Positions 47,174 through 57,120 are shown, counted from the first letter of the stretch. The stretch is DNA of 64,000 bases from Verrucomicrobiota bacterium (GCA_038748025.1 JBCDJI010000006.1:2416-66415), one strand, 5' to 3'. Made by a program: numbers and translations. Notes: generated from the sequence alone by a model not told the origin.

Positions 47174-48874
47174 CTAACTGGAATAGACTTTATTGAATTT
47201 TTCACGCTGGGCATTGGTGCCGAGCATGACCAGCCGGGTGCCTGCCTCCAGCCGGGTTTTGGCCGGCGGGTTGGTGATGGTGGTGTCACCGTCTTCGATG
47301 GCAATCACCACCATTCCGGTTTCTTTCCCAATACCGCTGTCTAACAGCATTTTACCCTTCAGGTCTTTAGGCAGCTTGACGGAAAAGAAGTCGGCGCCCT
47401 CTCCCACCATGACTGGCTCGCGATTGAGCAGGTAGGCATTTACAAACTCGCAGCCCAGTGAAGCGTAACTCAGGACAAAGTCGGAACCCGCCCGGTAGAT
47501 GGCTTCGATATTGCGCACGCGTGTCAGGCGGCTGACGATACTCAGTTGCGGATGCATACGTCGGAAAAAAACGGAAAGGTGGATGTTTTGTGCGTCGTCG
47601 TGAGTCGTCAGGGCAATGGCACTGACTTCATTGATTCCCGCTTCGGCGAGAGTCTTGGCATCAGTTGCTTTTCCGATGATAACCTGGTCGCAGTACTGTT
47701 CGAGTTCTTCGCGTAGTGCGGGGTTGTGGTCAAGGATGCGTACATGGACGCCACGCATCTTCAGTTTGCGGGCCGTGGAACAGCCGACTTTTCCGCCTCC
47801 GATCACCAGCACCTGGTGCTCCCGGTTGTCACGCTGGCCCAGCAGTTGATTGAGCTGTTGGACCTGCTCGCGGTTGCCAATGGCGACCGGTACCGTTGTG
47901 TCACTCAGTGGTTTGTTGGGATCAACGGAAACGAGGTGGCCGCATTCCCACATGCCGACCACGTTCATGCCGGTCGTTTCACGAATTTTAGCCTCGCGCA
48001 GGGTCATGCCTGCCAGCGGTGTGTCGTGGACCAGAAATTCAACAATGACCAGGTCTTTGAATCGCCCGACCTCATGGGCCGTTCCAACGCCGGCGCTGAT
48101 ACGGGTGGCGAGGGATTCTCCCAGTTTCAGTTTCAACGGCAGCAGATAGGTAGCTCCACTCAGGGCGAAAATATCAATAGAATCCATTTCCTCGGCGATG
48201 GCAATAATCGGCACTTTTTCGTTCAGTGAGCGGACGGTGAGGATAATGCCGGTATTACGGGTATCTTCGGCATTGGCCAGCACTGCTCTTGCCTGGGTGA
48301 TGTTAACCGCTTCAAAGGTGGCAGGGTCAATAATATCTCCGGCGACTACCTTTAAACCCTCTTCACGCATCTGAGCGGCCAGCGCAGGATCTTCTTCGAT
48401 GATACAGTAGGGGATCTGGTTGAGTTCGAGTTTCTGGATCAGCCGGTTGGTAATGGAATCGCGCTGACAGATGATGACGTGATCGGTGACCTCATCCGGC
48501 AGTTTACGGGAGACCTTGGCGCGGATCTGCGCTTCCAGCCAAGGGGCGTAGAAAAAGCGGATAAATGCAAAAGGCAGCATGACCAGTAACAGAACAATCC
48601 CGGATGCCAGCACCAGAACGCTGAAAAGACGGCCCAGATCACTGGTAAAGGTGATATCGCCAAAGCCCAGGGTGCTCATTACGGTCAGCGTCCAGTAGAG
48701 ACCGGTAAGCCACGAGTGGTCCTGTCCCTCATAGACCATCAGCAAATGAAAGATAATGGAGTACAGAGTTATAATCCCGATCAGCAGGTAGAGATACTTT
48801 TTGAGGGCATCCAGGTTACGCCTGGTGGTTGGGTCCTGAACGAAGTAGGAAAATTCAGAGGCAATAAATTTCAT
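47174..48874 (-). CDS. potassium channel with two RCK (TrkA-N/TrkA-C) modules
   Basis: Pore/selectivity filter TVMSTLGFGDITF, then two Rossmann-like RCK domains (VIICQRD..., VLVIGGGKVGCSTA). Confidence 0.88.
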   Translation of the reverse strand: MKFIASEFSYFVQDPTTRRNLDALKKYLYLLIGIITLYSIIFHLLMVYEGQDHSWLTGLYWTLTVMSTLGFGDITFTSDLGRLFSVLVLASGIVLLLVMLPFAFIRFFYAPWLEAQIRAKVSRKLPDEVTDHVIICQRDSITNRLIQKLELNQIPYCIIEEDPALAAQMREEGLKVVAGDIIDPATFEAVNITQARAVLANAEDTRNTGIILTVRSLNEKVPIIAIAEEMDSIDIFALSGATYLLPLKLKLGESLATRISAGVGTAHEVGRFKDLVIVEFLVHDTPLAGMTLREAKIRETTGMNVVGMWECGHLVSVDPNKPLSDTTVPVAIGNREQVQQLNQLLGQRDNREHQVLVIGGGKVGCSTARKLKMRGVHVRILDHNPALREELEQYCDQVIIGKATDAKTLAEAGINEVSAIALTTHDDAQNIHLSVFFRRMHPQLSIVSRLTRVRNIEAIYRAGSDFVLSYASLGCEFVNAYLLNREPVMVGEGADFFSVKLPKDLKGKMLLDSGIGKETGMVVIAIEDGDTTITNPPAKTRLEAGTRLVMLGTNAQREKFNKVYSS

Positions 48875-48968
48875 GCAGAATAGACTTTGGAAAGTTTAAC
48901 CACAGGGATGACGGCGGGCACAGAGTTATTTTGATTAAAATTGAGTGATGCCTGCTATCCGGGCAGAT

Positions 48969-49001
48969 AAAAAAAGCTGCTCCGGTCGGGAGCAGCTTTT
49001 T
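48969..49001 (-). terminator. rho-independent terminator downstream of the RRM-protein gene
   Basis: Minus strand reads AGCTGCTCC-CGAC-CGGAGCAGCT followed by TTTTTTTAT. Weaker T-run in the + direction. Confidence 0.75.
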
Positions 49002-49022
49002 ATGCAAAGGACGGATCAAAGT

Positions 49023-49544
49023 TCAGTTCTTGGCACCAGCGACAATAATCTGGCGGCCCATATATTCAGTGCGGTGGTATTTTTCCGATGCGGTTTGTGC
49101 AGTTTCCACCGAGTTCATTTCCACAAAGCCGAAGCCCTTGGAACGTTCACTGCGATCGCGCACGATCTCTGCGCTTTTGACCTGTCCGACGGTTCCGAAG
49201 TGATCAAAGAGGTCACTTTCGGCGGTATCGTAGGACAGGTTACCAACGTAAAGACGTGCGGAGGTGACCTGTGGTTGTTCATCAGCAGGTTTGGGGCTGC
49301 GCTCTTTCCTCTTAGAGGAAGAACGCTCTTTGCGTTGAGTGTTTTTTTTCTGAGGCTTCGAACTGATACCAAAGAGGTTGGAGAAGAAGGCCAGAATCGG
49401 GTTCTGAGTTTTCTTCGGTGCGGCATTGCGGGAGCGGTTACGACTACGCCCGCGGTTGCGGTTTCTATTACGATTGCGGTTGTTGTTCCGACCGCGTCGG
49501 TTGTTGGAGGATCGGTTTCCGGATCCTTGTGTTGCATTATCCAT
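49023..49544 (-). CDS. RNA-binding protein: N-terminal Arg/Asn/Ser-rich low-complexity region plus C-terminal RRM domain
   Basis: RNP2 LYVGNL and RNP1 KGFGFVEM. N-terminus GNRSSNNRRGRNNNRNRNRNRNRGRSRNRSRN. Start preferred at MDNATQ. Confidence 0.8.
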   Translation of the reverse strand: MDNATQGSGNRSSNNRRGRNNNRNRNRNRNRGRSRNRSRNAAPKKTQNPILAFFSNLFGISSKPQKKNTQRKERSSSKRKERSPKPADEQPQVTSARLYVGNLSYDTAESDLFDHFGTVGQVKSAEIVRDRSERSKGFGFVEMNSVETAQTASEKYHRTEYMGRQIIVAGAKN

Positions 49545-49971
49545 GTATTGCTCAGCAGACCAGCAGGTCGGCATGGCGTGGTGAGGATTTCAGCGTGCGG
49601 CAGTCGAACGGCTCTTCGAAATTACAGGTGCTGACCGGATCATGTGATGTCCTGATCTGCGTGTTGCGATTCCCTGTAAAAACGTGATCCATATCAAAAT
49701 TTACTCTGGTTGCTTTTGATTTGCCGCAAAGCTGTCCGTTGCTCTCGCCTTGCTCTCCAATGTTAAATAAGTTCTTATTCGTTCAGGCTGAGAGACTTGT
49801 CATTCTATTTCGTCGCGATAACGACCCTGATCGGTATTCTCTCAGCAAAATGATCAAGGTCGGAGAACTGGTCTGCTCTCCTTTCCAGGAACATAAGATA
49901 TGGTTGTAGCAAAGAAATGGCAATTAATATTTAGCAGGTGTCGGGCAGGGGGTAATAACCGGCCAGTCGGA

Positions 49972-51996
49972 CTAAACCATCTGTTCCGCAATAAAGGGAG
50001 GCAGCGGGCAATCCAGAGTGTCCGCGATAGCTCGTATCAATTCTACCTCCTCCTCGCTGCAACCCCTGAATTTCAAGATAACCTGCGAGCACGCAAAGAG
50101 GAGGTTGCGTTTATACATAGGTGTAAGTCCCCCGCAGGCGTTAAGGGCGGCGTCAACCTGAGCCAGTCCGACTTCCTCTTGAGGCAGTAATTCTGCTTTT
50201 CGATGGCCCAGATTGAGTTGAGAGGCACCGGCCTCAAAAGCAGCCTGCGCTTCCTGATACGTCTCACTATCCAGATAGGCCAGAGCACCGAGTAATTGCA
50301 TGCATTCCTGCCAGACGGGGATCAGGCTGCGAACCGAAGGCCGCCGGGCATTGACCGGGTTAAAGGCAGGATCCAGATGCCGCAGTAAGACTTTTTCCAG
50401 ACAATACTCAAACAGACTGATGCCCTGATCCGCTGCAGCCAGATCACTGACTATGGTGCGAAATACCTGATACTGTTCCGGGCTGAGTTGGCGCAGAGCC
50501 GGAATGGTCAGGTCCAGCAGAACCAGCCGTTGTCTGGGTCGGAGTTGTTGAGATTCCGGTTTCAGTTTCTGCATTTCCGCCAGCACGGCAGGATCGGCGT
50601 GTTGCTGTAAGAGATTCTGCTGGTATTGCAGCACCGCTGGATCCTGCGAAAGCAGCAGACTGTAGGCCACGGCACACGCACCAAATGGTTCGTGCGAGGC
50701 TTGGTAGAGAGGGCGTGGCAAGGCTCCGGTCAACTGGCTGGCAGCGACGATGGCGGCAGGAGTCAGGTGTCCGGCACTGGCGACCAGACCTGCCACCCGG
50801 GTATCACCGCTGTCTTCCGTGAATATTCCTTCACGTTCGCGTTGTTTTTTATGATAGGAACCGTCTTGATCTATCGGCTCCGGGCGTAACGCGCTGACTT
50901 GCGGAAAGGTACCGTCAAAAGATGGATCCAGGATGGAAATCCGCTCAATCAGCGGTGGATGGCTGGCAAAGAGCTCGAACCAGGAGGAAGCCAGTCCATT
51001 GGCAAAGAAAAAGTGGCTGGCTTCGGCATTCTGGGAGGAAAGAATCGCACTTCCGTTGGAAAGGCCGCCGATTTTTTTTAGCGCCATGCCGATGCCTTCG
51101 GGGTTACGCGTGAATTGAACGGCAGCGGCATCTGCCAGAAACTCACGTTGGCGGGAAACGGCGCTTTTGATCAGTTGAGCAAAGAAATAACCGATGGATC
51201 CGACCAATGCCATTATCACACCCGCGGCGAGCATTCCCAGAATAAGCTGGAACGGCATACCGCTTTTTTTTGAACTGCGCGAGCTGCCGGCATAAAAGGC
51301 GACCCGGAATGGAAGGCGGATGAGCATGATCCCGGCTTCTGCAATAAAAAGGATACCGTGAGTCAGGCAGGTCATCTGCATGTTCAGGCGCATGTCTCCG
51401 TTGAGAATATGACTGAATTCGTGGGCGATGACCCCCTGAAGCTCATCCCGCTGCAAGAGCTCCATCGTCCCCCGCGTGACGCCGATGGTGGCGTCTGCTG
51501 TCGTAAATCCGGCAGCAAAGGCATTGATACCGCGCTCCTGTTTCAGCAGATAAACCTCGGGAACCGGGCAACCGGAGGCAATGGACATCTCCTCCACAAT
51601 ATTGAGCAGCTGCCGCTCCTGCGGGCTGTCGGTATTCGGCTGTACCCTTTGCCCGCCCAGCATGATGGCAATGGCTTTCCCGCCTTGAGCAAGTTGATAG
51701 GTCTTCATACTGCTGCCGAGGAAAATAATCGCTCCGGTCACCGTGAAGACGATCAGTATCAGGTCCGGATCGAGCGGAAGCTGATCCGTCAGCGGGTCCA
51801 GCCATCTCAGATCCAGGCTTTCCTTGGTGAGGCGGAACGTGTCATCCGGTGAGGTAGATGCCGCATACCCCAGCGATAAAGCGCAGAGTGCATACACCGC
51901 CAGTATGGTCAGGATGACGGAGATGCAGAAATAGATGACGAGCTTACGCGTTCTTTTGCGGGCCTGATCCTGATGTTCAAAAAAATCCATGGGCAA
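49972..51996 (-). CDS. M48-family zinc metallopeptidase, membrane-bound, with long C-terminal helical domain
   Basis: HEFSHILNGD (HExxH), flanking TM helices, and location immediately downstream of lemA. Confidence 0.8.
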   Translation of the reverse strand: MPMDFFEHQDQARKRTRKLVIYFCISVILTILAVYALCALSLGYAASTSPDDTFRLTKESLDLRWLDPLTDQLPLDPDLILIVFTVTGAIIFLGSSMKTYQLAQGGKAIAIMLGGQRVQPNTDSPQERQLLNIVEEMSIASGCPVPEVYLLKQERGINAFAAGFTTADATIGVTRGTMELLQRDELQGVIAHEFSHILNGDMRLNMQMTCLTHGILFIAEAGIMLIRLPFRVAFYAGSSRSSKKSGMPFQLILGMLAAGVIMALVGSIGYFFAQLIKSAVSRQREFLADAAAVQFTRNPEGIGMALKKIGGLSNGSAILSSQNAEASHFFFANGLASSWFELFASHPPLIERISILDPSFDGTFPQVSALRPEPIDQDGSYHKKQREREGIFTEDSGDTRVAGLVASAGHLTPAAIVAASQLTGALPRPLYQASHEPFGACAVAYSLLLSQDPAVLQYQQNLLQQHADPAVLAEMQKLKPESQQLRPRQRLVLLDLTIPALRQLSPEQYQVFRTIVSDLAAADQGISLFEYCLEKVLLRHLDPAFNPVNARRPSVRSLIPVWQECMQLLGALAYLDSETYQEAQAAFEAGASQLNLGHRKAELLPQEEVGLAQVDAALNACGGLTPMYKRNLLFACSQVILKFRGCSEEEVELIRAIADTLDCPLPPFIAEQMV

Positions 51997-52085
51997 ATTC
52001 CTGAACCGCTAATGAATGCGAATAAACACGAATTTGCCGGAGCAGGAACTAAGATTGTCCAGACCAGCAATGGAGCGGGTTCATT

Positions 52086-52700
52086 TTAACTGAAAGAGAC
52101 TTTGGGTGCTTCCTTTTCCTGCTCATCTTCGATTTCGAAGTAAGCGGCTTCCTGGAAATTGGCAAAGTTGGCTACGATATTATTGGGGAACTGTTCGCGC
52201 TCGTTATTAAATACCATGACCGAGTCATTGTAGGCCTGCCGGGCGAAGGAAATTTTGTTTTCGGTGGATGTCAGCTCCTCGCTGAGCTGCATCATGTTCT
52301 GATTGGCTTTGAGGTCGGGATAGGCCTCCACGACCGCAAAAAGCCGTCCGAGTGCACCGGCCAGGCCGGCTTCCGCACCTGCCAGGCTCTGCATGGATTT
52401 GGCATCTCCGGGGTTCTCCGCGGCCTTGGCACCGGCTCCGGCGGCCTGGTTGCGGGCTGCGATAACCGCCTCCAGAGTTTCACGCTCGTGATCGAGATAG
52501 CCCTTGGCAGTCTCGACCAGATTGGGAATCAGGTCGTAGCGGCGTTTGAGCTGCACATCGATTTGCGCGAAAGCGTTTTCAAAGCGGTTGCGCAGGGTAA
52601 CCAGCCGGTTGTAGATTCCGATACCGAACGCGGCAATAGCCACTGCCAACAGCACAATAAATGCCAGAATAATGAGCAAAACTAGAGCGATAATGGACAT
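52086..52700 (-). CDS. lemA: LemA-family protein
   Basis: N-terminal TM, then YNRLVTLRNRFENAFAQIDVQLKRRYDLIPNLVE...EAYPDLKAN...AYNDSV, which are canonical LemA blocks. Confidence 0.9.
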   Translation of the reverse strand: MSIIALVLLIILAFIVLLAVAIAAFGIGIYNRLVTLRNRFENAFAQIDVQLKRRYDLIPNLVETAKGYLDHERETLEAVIAARNQAAGAGAKAAENPGDAKSMQSLAGAEAGLAGALGRLFAVVEAYPDLKANQNMMQLSEELTSTENKISFARQAYNDSVMVFNNEREQFPNNIVANFANFQEAAYFEIEDEQEKEAPKVSFS

Positions 52701-52742
52701 AACATGGCCAGTAATAGCATGAACAGCGGACTTAATCCATTA

Positions 52743-53129
52743 TTATCCGTGCTTCCGTTTATAACGGGAGTGGGGAGGACATAAGAGTGAGTCGATGGCA
52801 GCCTGCTGTTTTCGGGCATTCGTTTTAGGGTTGGTTTCCACGCTCATCAGTTGCGCGGGTGCATGTCGAGCCATCAAACGGTTTAAGGCCAGATGTGCCA
52901 GTTGCGGATCCCGGTCGAAGGATTCCAGTGTCTGCCACAGAAGTGGGGTGGATTCCTCAGCCGCCGGTTCGTGCAACAAAGCAAGCTGCTGCCAGTGCTG
53001 TTGAGTCTTGACCGGGAACATGCCGGGACATTGCCCGGACCGTGTTTCCAGACGGTCGAGTATTTTTTCCAGCCGGATCTGATGTTCCGATTGATGCATC
53101 ATTTTCAGGATATCACGATTTATGCGCAT
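52743..53129 (-). CDS. hypothetical protein (128 aa)
   Basis: ORF with neighbour-like codon usage, in the same orientation as and upstream of lemA. No motif recognised. Confidence 0.35.
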   Translation of the reverse strand: MRINRDILKMMHQSEHQIRLEKILDRLETRSGQCPGMFPVKTQQHWQQLALLHEPAAEESTPLLWQTLESFDRDPQLAHLALNRLMARHAPAQLMSVETNPKTNARKQQAAIDSLLCPPHSRYKRKHG

Positions 53130-53263
53130 GGCGACCCCAACCTGGCAGGGAATCTCTTTCCAGCTGCAGGATACCGCAGCTTTCCAGCGTCACGCAAGCC
53201 GTTGTAAAAGTCTGGCGTTGAAACAAGCAAGCCACTGGTGCCGTGACAGGGGATCGATCTGCA

Positions 53264-53812
53264 CTAAGGCTTTTCCTGCTGACGCGCCAGCAGGTATCGG
53301 ACTTCCGTGTCCAGCTCTTCCGGCAGAGCGACTCCGGTGTAGCGGTTGACAATCATCCCATCCGGATCCACCACAAAAGTGCTGGGAATGGCATCAATGC
53401 CTCTAAACTGATGATGAAAGCTGCGGTCAGCGATACCGATGGGATAGTCGAGTTTCTCGTGGGCGATGAACGATTTGATATCTTCGGAGGATTCATCCGC
53501 TGAGACGGCAATACCAATGACCTGGATGCCGGAGTCTTTGTAACGCTCGCGTAATGCGAGCAGTTCATTGGCCTGGCGAATTGATGCCGGCGACCAGGTA
53601 GTCCAGAAATTGATCAGTGTAATTTGACCTTTGGCCAGGCTGCTGGATAGTTTATCACCATCCGGCGTAGGCAGCTCAAAGTCTGGCATCACAAACGGAT
53701 TAATGGTTCGGGGAGGGGGTTGATCCGGGCCCTTGCTGCATGCCGCCAGAAACGTGAGACCAACCATCAGGAGTCCTGTCAGCGCATAAGCGGTTTGCGG
53801 TTTATCTGCCAT
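53264..53812 (-). CDS. TlpA/ResA-like thioredoxin-fold lipoprotein lacking the CxxC motif (SPAS)
   Basis: Lipobox LTFLAAC. Redoxin fold ITLINFWTTWSPASIRQANEL...GIQVIGIAV...GIDAIPSTFVVDPDG. The active-site position reads W-S-P-A-S (codons TCG CCG GCA TCA, checked on DNA). Confidence 0.75.
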   Translation of the reverse strand: MADKPQTAYALTGLLMVGLTFLAACSKGPDQPPPRTINPFVMPDFELPTPDGDKLSSSLAKGQITLINFWTTWSPASIRQANELLALRERYKDSGIQVIGIAVSADESSEDIKSFIAHEKLDYPIGIADRSFHHQFRGIDAIPSTFVVDPDGMIVNRYTGVALPEELDTEVRYLLARQQEKP

Positions 53813-53895
53813 GGCATTACAGCGTGCGCTTATCCGGATAAAAACCCAATAAAATTTTTTGATTCCTACGGGGAATCTGTTCAAATGATTTACTT

Positions 53896-55638
53896 ATGGC
53901 AGCAAACAAAAGAACCGCATTAAGCACAAAATCCAAGCAATCTCCGGCACACCGGCAATTTTCCGGTCCCATGGTGGACGGACCGGAGCGTGCGCCCAGC
54001 CGCGCCATGTTGTATCCGGTTGGATTTAAAAAAAGTGACTTTAAGAAGTCACAGATTGGGATTGCCTCCACCTGGAGCATGGTAACCCCTTGCAACATGC
54101 ACATTGATGAACTGGCCCGAGAAGCCTCGCAAGGAGCGGACAAGGCTGGCGGCAAGTCTGTTATTTTTAATACCATCACTATTTCAGATGGAATCTCTAT
54201 GGGAACGGAAGGGATGAAATACTCCCTGGTTTCCCGGGAAGTGATTGCGGACTCCATCGAGACCGTGATGGGGTGTGAAAACTTGGATGGGGTTGTCGCG
54301 ATTGGAGGATGCGATAAGAATATGCCGGGATGTATGATTGCATTAGCGCGGCTCAACCGCCCGGCAGTATTCGTCTATGGGGGAACCATTCTGCCCGGAT
54401 GCCTCACGGGTCAGCCGGAGAAAAAGCTGGATGTGGTTTCGGTATTTGAGGCTGTGGGTAAACATGCCAAGGGGGAATATACGGATAAGCAACTGGATGC
54501 TGTGGAGTCTTGCGCCATTCCCGGACCCGGTTCCTGCGGGGGAATGTACACCGCCAATACCATGGCTTCCGCCATTGAGGCAATGGGGATGAGTCTGCCT
54601 CACAGCTCAGCACAAAATGCGGTTTCTCCCGCCAAGAGAAAGGATGCCCGTGCGGCTGGAGCCGCCGTGATGAAGCTGATGGATCAGAGTATCCGTCCGC
54701 GTGACATCATGACACGTCAGGCGTTTGAAAATGCAATAACGGTTGTGATGGCGTTAGGGGGTTCAACGAATGCGGTATTGCATCTGCTGGCCATTGCACA
54801 TGCGGCAAAGGTGAAGCTGACCATTGATGATTTCACGCGGATTGCCAGGAAGACTCCGGTACTGGCTGACTTGAAGCCCAGCGGCAAGTATCTGATGTCT
54901 GAACTGATTGCGATCGGGGGGATGGTGCCATTGATGAAGACGCTGTTGGATGCCGGTATGCTGCATGGAGAGTGCATGACCGTCACAGGTAAGACGGTTG
55001 CAGAGAATTTGCGGAATACCAAGCCGTATCCGAAATGGCAGAAGATCATCCGTCCCCTAAATGACCCGATCAAGAAGGACGGGCATCTAGTCATACTCTA
55101 CGGAAATCTGGCACCTGAGGGTTCGGTAGCCAAGATTTCAGGCAAAGAGGGGCTGGTTTTTACGGGCAAGGCGCGCGTTTACAATTCCGAGCCCAAAGCG
55201 ATGGCGGCTATCCTGGCCGGAAAAATTAAAAAAGGTGATGTTATCGTGATTCGATATGAAGGGCCTAAAGGCGGACCCGGCATGCGTGAAATGCTCTCGC
55301 CTACCTCAGCGATCATGGGTCTGGGTCTGGGTAATGATGTGGCACTGGTAACGGATGGCCGTTTTTCAGGTGGAACACACGGTTTTGTCGTGGGACACAT
55401 TTCTCCAGAGGCTTATGTCGGCGGGCCACTGGCTCTCGTCAAGAGTGGTGATACGATCACAATCGATGCAGAACAGCGCCAGATGAACCTGCATGTCGGC
55501 GCAGCCGAGCTGAAGGAACGTCGGGCGGCATGGAAGAAGCCGAAACCCAACTATACTTCGGGAATGCTCGCCAAGTTTGCGCATTTGGCCAGCAGCGCAT
55601 CGAAAGGTGCGATCACGGACGGAAATCTGGATTTGTAA
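53896..55638 (+). CDS. ilvD: dihydroxy-acid dehydratase
   Basis: [36 protein letters not shown] and [23 protein letters not shown]. Length 580 aa. Confidence 0.95.
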   Translation: MAANKRTALSTKSKQSPAHRQFSGPMVDGPERAPSRAMLYPVGFKKSDFKKSQIGIASTWSMVTPCNMHIDELAREASQGADKAGGKSVIFNTITISDGISMGTEGMKYSLVSREVIADSIETVMGCENLDGVVAIGGCDKNMPGCMIALARLNRPAVFVYGGTILPGCLTGQPEKKLDVVSVFEAVGKHAKGEYTDKQLDAVESCAIPGPGSCGGMYTANTMASAIEAMGMSLPHSSAQNAVSPAKRKDARAAGAAVMKLMDQSIRPRDIMTRQAFENAITVVMALGGSTNAVLHLLAIAHAAKVKLTIDDFTRIARKTPVLADLKPSGKYLMSELIAIGGMVPLMKTLLDAGMLHGECMTVTGKTVAENLRNTKPYPKWQKIIRPLNDPIKKDGHLVILYGNLAPEGSVAKISGKEGLVFTGKARVYNSEPKAMAAILAGKIKKGDVIVIRYEGPKGGPGMREMLSPTSAIMGLGLGNDVALVTDGRFSGGTHGFVVGHISPEAYVGGPLALVKSGDTITIDAEQRQMNLHVGAAELKERRAAWKKPKPNYTSGMLAKFAHLASSASKGAITDGNLDL

Positions 55639-55655
55639 GGGTGAACGATTCAACG

Positions 55656-56348
55656 ATGCCACCTCCCCCTCCCAGAAGCGGCATTCCCTCGTGGGTGATT
55701 TTTATTGCGGTGGTTCTGGCGGTCTCGTTTGCGGCGAAACTGGTGCTGGATTCAGCCAGCCGTGCACCAGCCCGCGCCATGGAATCCACAGTGGATGCGG
55801 CTCGTTCCGTAGCGCTGCGTGCAGCAGGCGTTATCCGGGACGTTTTTCAGGTAGAACCGCAGATTCAGATCCAATCTGAAGTCATACAGTTGCAGAGTTC
55901 ACCGATTCTGGAATTGGCGTTGATGGAACGGGATTTTCACTTAAGCAACACGTGGAAAGGGCGCTGGCTGCACAGCGAGAAAGAGCTGACGGTATCCGGA
56001 TCCTATACTGCCAAGGCGGGCTTTGATCTGGAAAAGAAATTTGAAGTGAAGGTCTATGAAACAGAACAGCAAGTGTATCTGTATTTACCCGCTCCGGAAG
56101 TCTTATCGCTAGATCTTAGTGATGACCTGAAACTTGCAGGCAAGAGCGGGTTATGGAATCGGATCACCGATGAAGACCGCACCCTGGTCATGAATGATTT
56201 CCGGCGGGATGCGGAAGCTCATGTCGTGGCGTCTGATTTGCTGTCAGAGACGCAGCGGCAAGTCGAAAAGCGGATACGCGAGGCACTACCGAGCGAAGAG
56301 TGGGAACTGCTTATATTATTTCAGTCAGTGGAGTCCGGTTCCGAATAA
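55656..56348 (+). CDS. DUF4230-domain membrane-anchored protein
   Basis: N-terminal TM IPSWVIFIAVVLAVSF, plus VSGSYTAKAGFDL and LYLPAPEVLS blocks as I remember DUF4230. Start is ATG 55656 (or GTG 55641). Confidence 0.6.
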   Translation: MPPPPPRSGIPSWVIFIAVVLAVSFAAKLVLDSASRAPARAMESTVDAARSVALRAAGVIRDVFQVEPQIQIQSEVIQLQSSPILELALMERDFHLSNTWKGRWLHSEKELTVSGSYTAKAGFDLEKKFEVKVYETEQQVYLYLPAPEVLSLDLSDDLKLAGKSGLWNRITDEDRTLVMNDFRRDAEAHVVASDLLSETQRQVEKRIREALPSEEWELLILFQSVESGSE

Positions 56349-56376
56349 AAAAGCGGCCCGGATATTTCCGGGCCGC
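56346..56376 (-). terminator. rho-independent terminator downstream of the AP2-protein gene
   Basis: Minus strand reads GCGGCCCGG-AAATAT-CCGGGCCGC followed by TTTTTTATT. It sits between convergent gene ends. Confidence 0.75.
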
Positions 56377-56405
56377 CCGTTGATAAAACAACAAACTGGA
56401 TCGAA

Positions 56406-56996
56406 TCAATCGGCCATGTTTTTAATGCCTTCTTTGCGGGCTTTTACCGCAAGTCTTTTGGCCTTGTCTTCTCCATATTTGGTGATGGAGTAAACTTTCT
56501 TTTCAATAACACCGGTGCGCGGACTCCAGGTAGCTTGCCAGAAATCGTAATTTTTACCTTTTACTTTCTTGGTCAAACGAGTCACCCCAACAATGCCGGA
56601 CTTGGTTTTGCGACGCTGCACACGGGCAAATTCCTTACGTGACATGGGAGGGTATTTGGCGCGGAGTTTTTCCAGGCCGACTTTAGCGGCTGCCAGCGCT
56701 TTGCCCTTTCCGCCGTGCTTCTTATCGGTGAAGAACGCGGAGTAGGTCTTGCCCTTGCGGGTGACGCGGACAAACCAACCGTGGTTGTGTTTCTCTTCCT
56801 GATCAATGCGGGAAATTCCCTTCAATCCGGTGCGGCGACGACGTCCTGCTTTTTTGGTCGCTTTTTTGGTTACTTTTTTCTTTGAAGCAGCTTTTTTGGC
56901 TACTTTTTTGACGGGTTTCTTGGCAACTTTTTTAACCACTTTTTTGGCAGTTTTCTTTTTGCCAGTTTTCTTTTTGTTAGTTTTGCGTATTGGCAT
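56406..56996 (-). CDS. DNA-binding protein: Lys-rich histone-H1-like N-terminal tail plus two AP2-like domains
   Basis: Tail: KKKTGKKKTAKKVVKKVAKKPVKKVAKKAASKKKVTKKATKKAGRRRR. Domain 1: GISRIDQEEKHNHGWFVRVTRKGKTYSAFFTDKKHGGKGKALAAA. Domain 2: GIVGVTRLTKKVKGKNYDFWQATWSP...YSITKYGEDKAKRLAV. Confidence 0.65.
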   Translation of the reverse strand: MPIRKTNKKKTGKKKTAKKVVKKVAKKPVKKVAKKAASKKKVTKKATKKAGRRRRTGLKGISRIDQEEKHNHGWFVRVTRKGKTYSAFFTDKKHGGKGKALAAAKVGLEKLRAKYPPMSRKEFARVQRRKTKSGIVGVTRLTKKVKGKNYDFWQATWSPRTGVIEKKVYSITKYGEDKAKRLAVKARKEGIKNMAD

Positions 56997-57120
56997 AGCG
57001 CTGAAGTATCCTATATGTTTTTAATTTGTCTAGTGATTTGTTACGGTTTTATTGCAAAAGATAACAGTGTATATTACACCAATTAACTATTAACAATTAG
57101 TAACTGATAAGGTGTTATGC

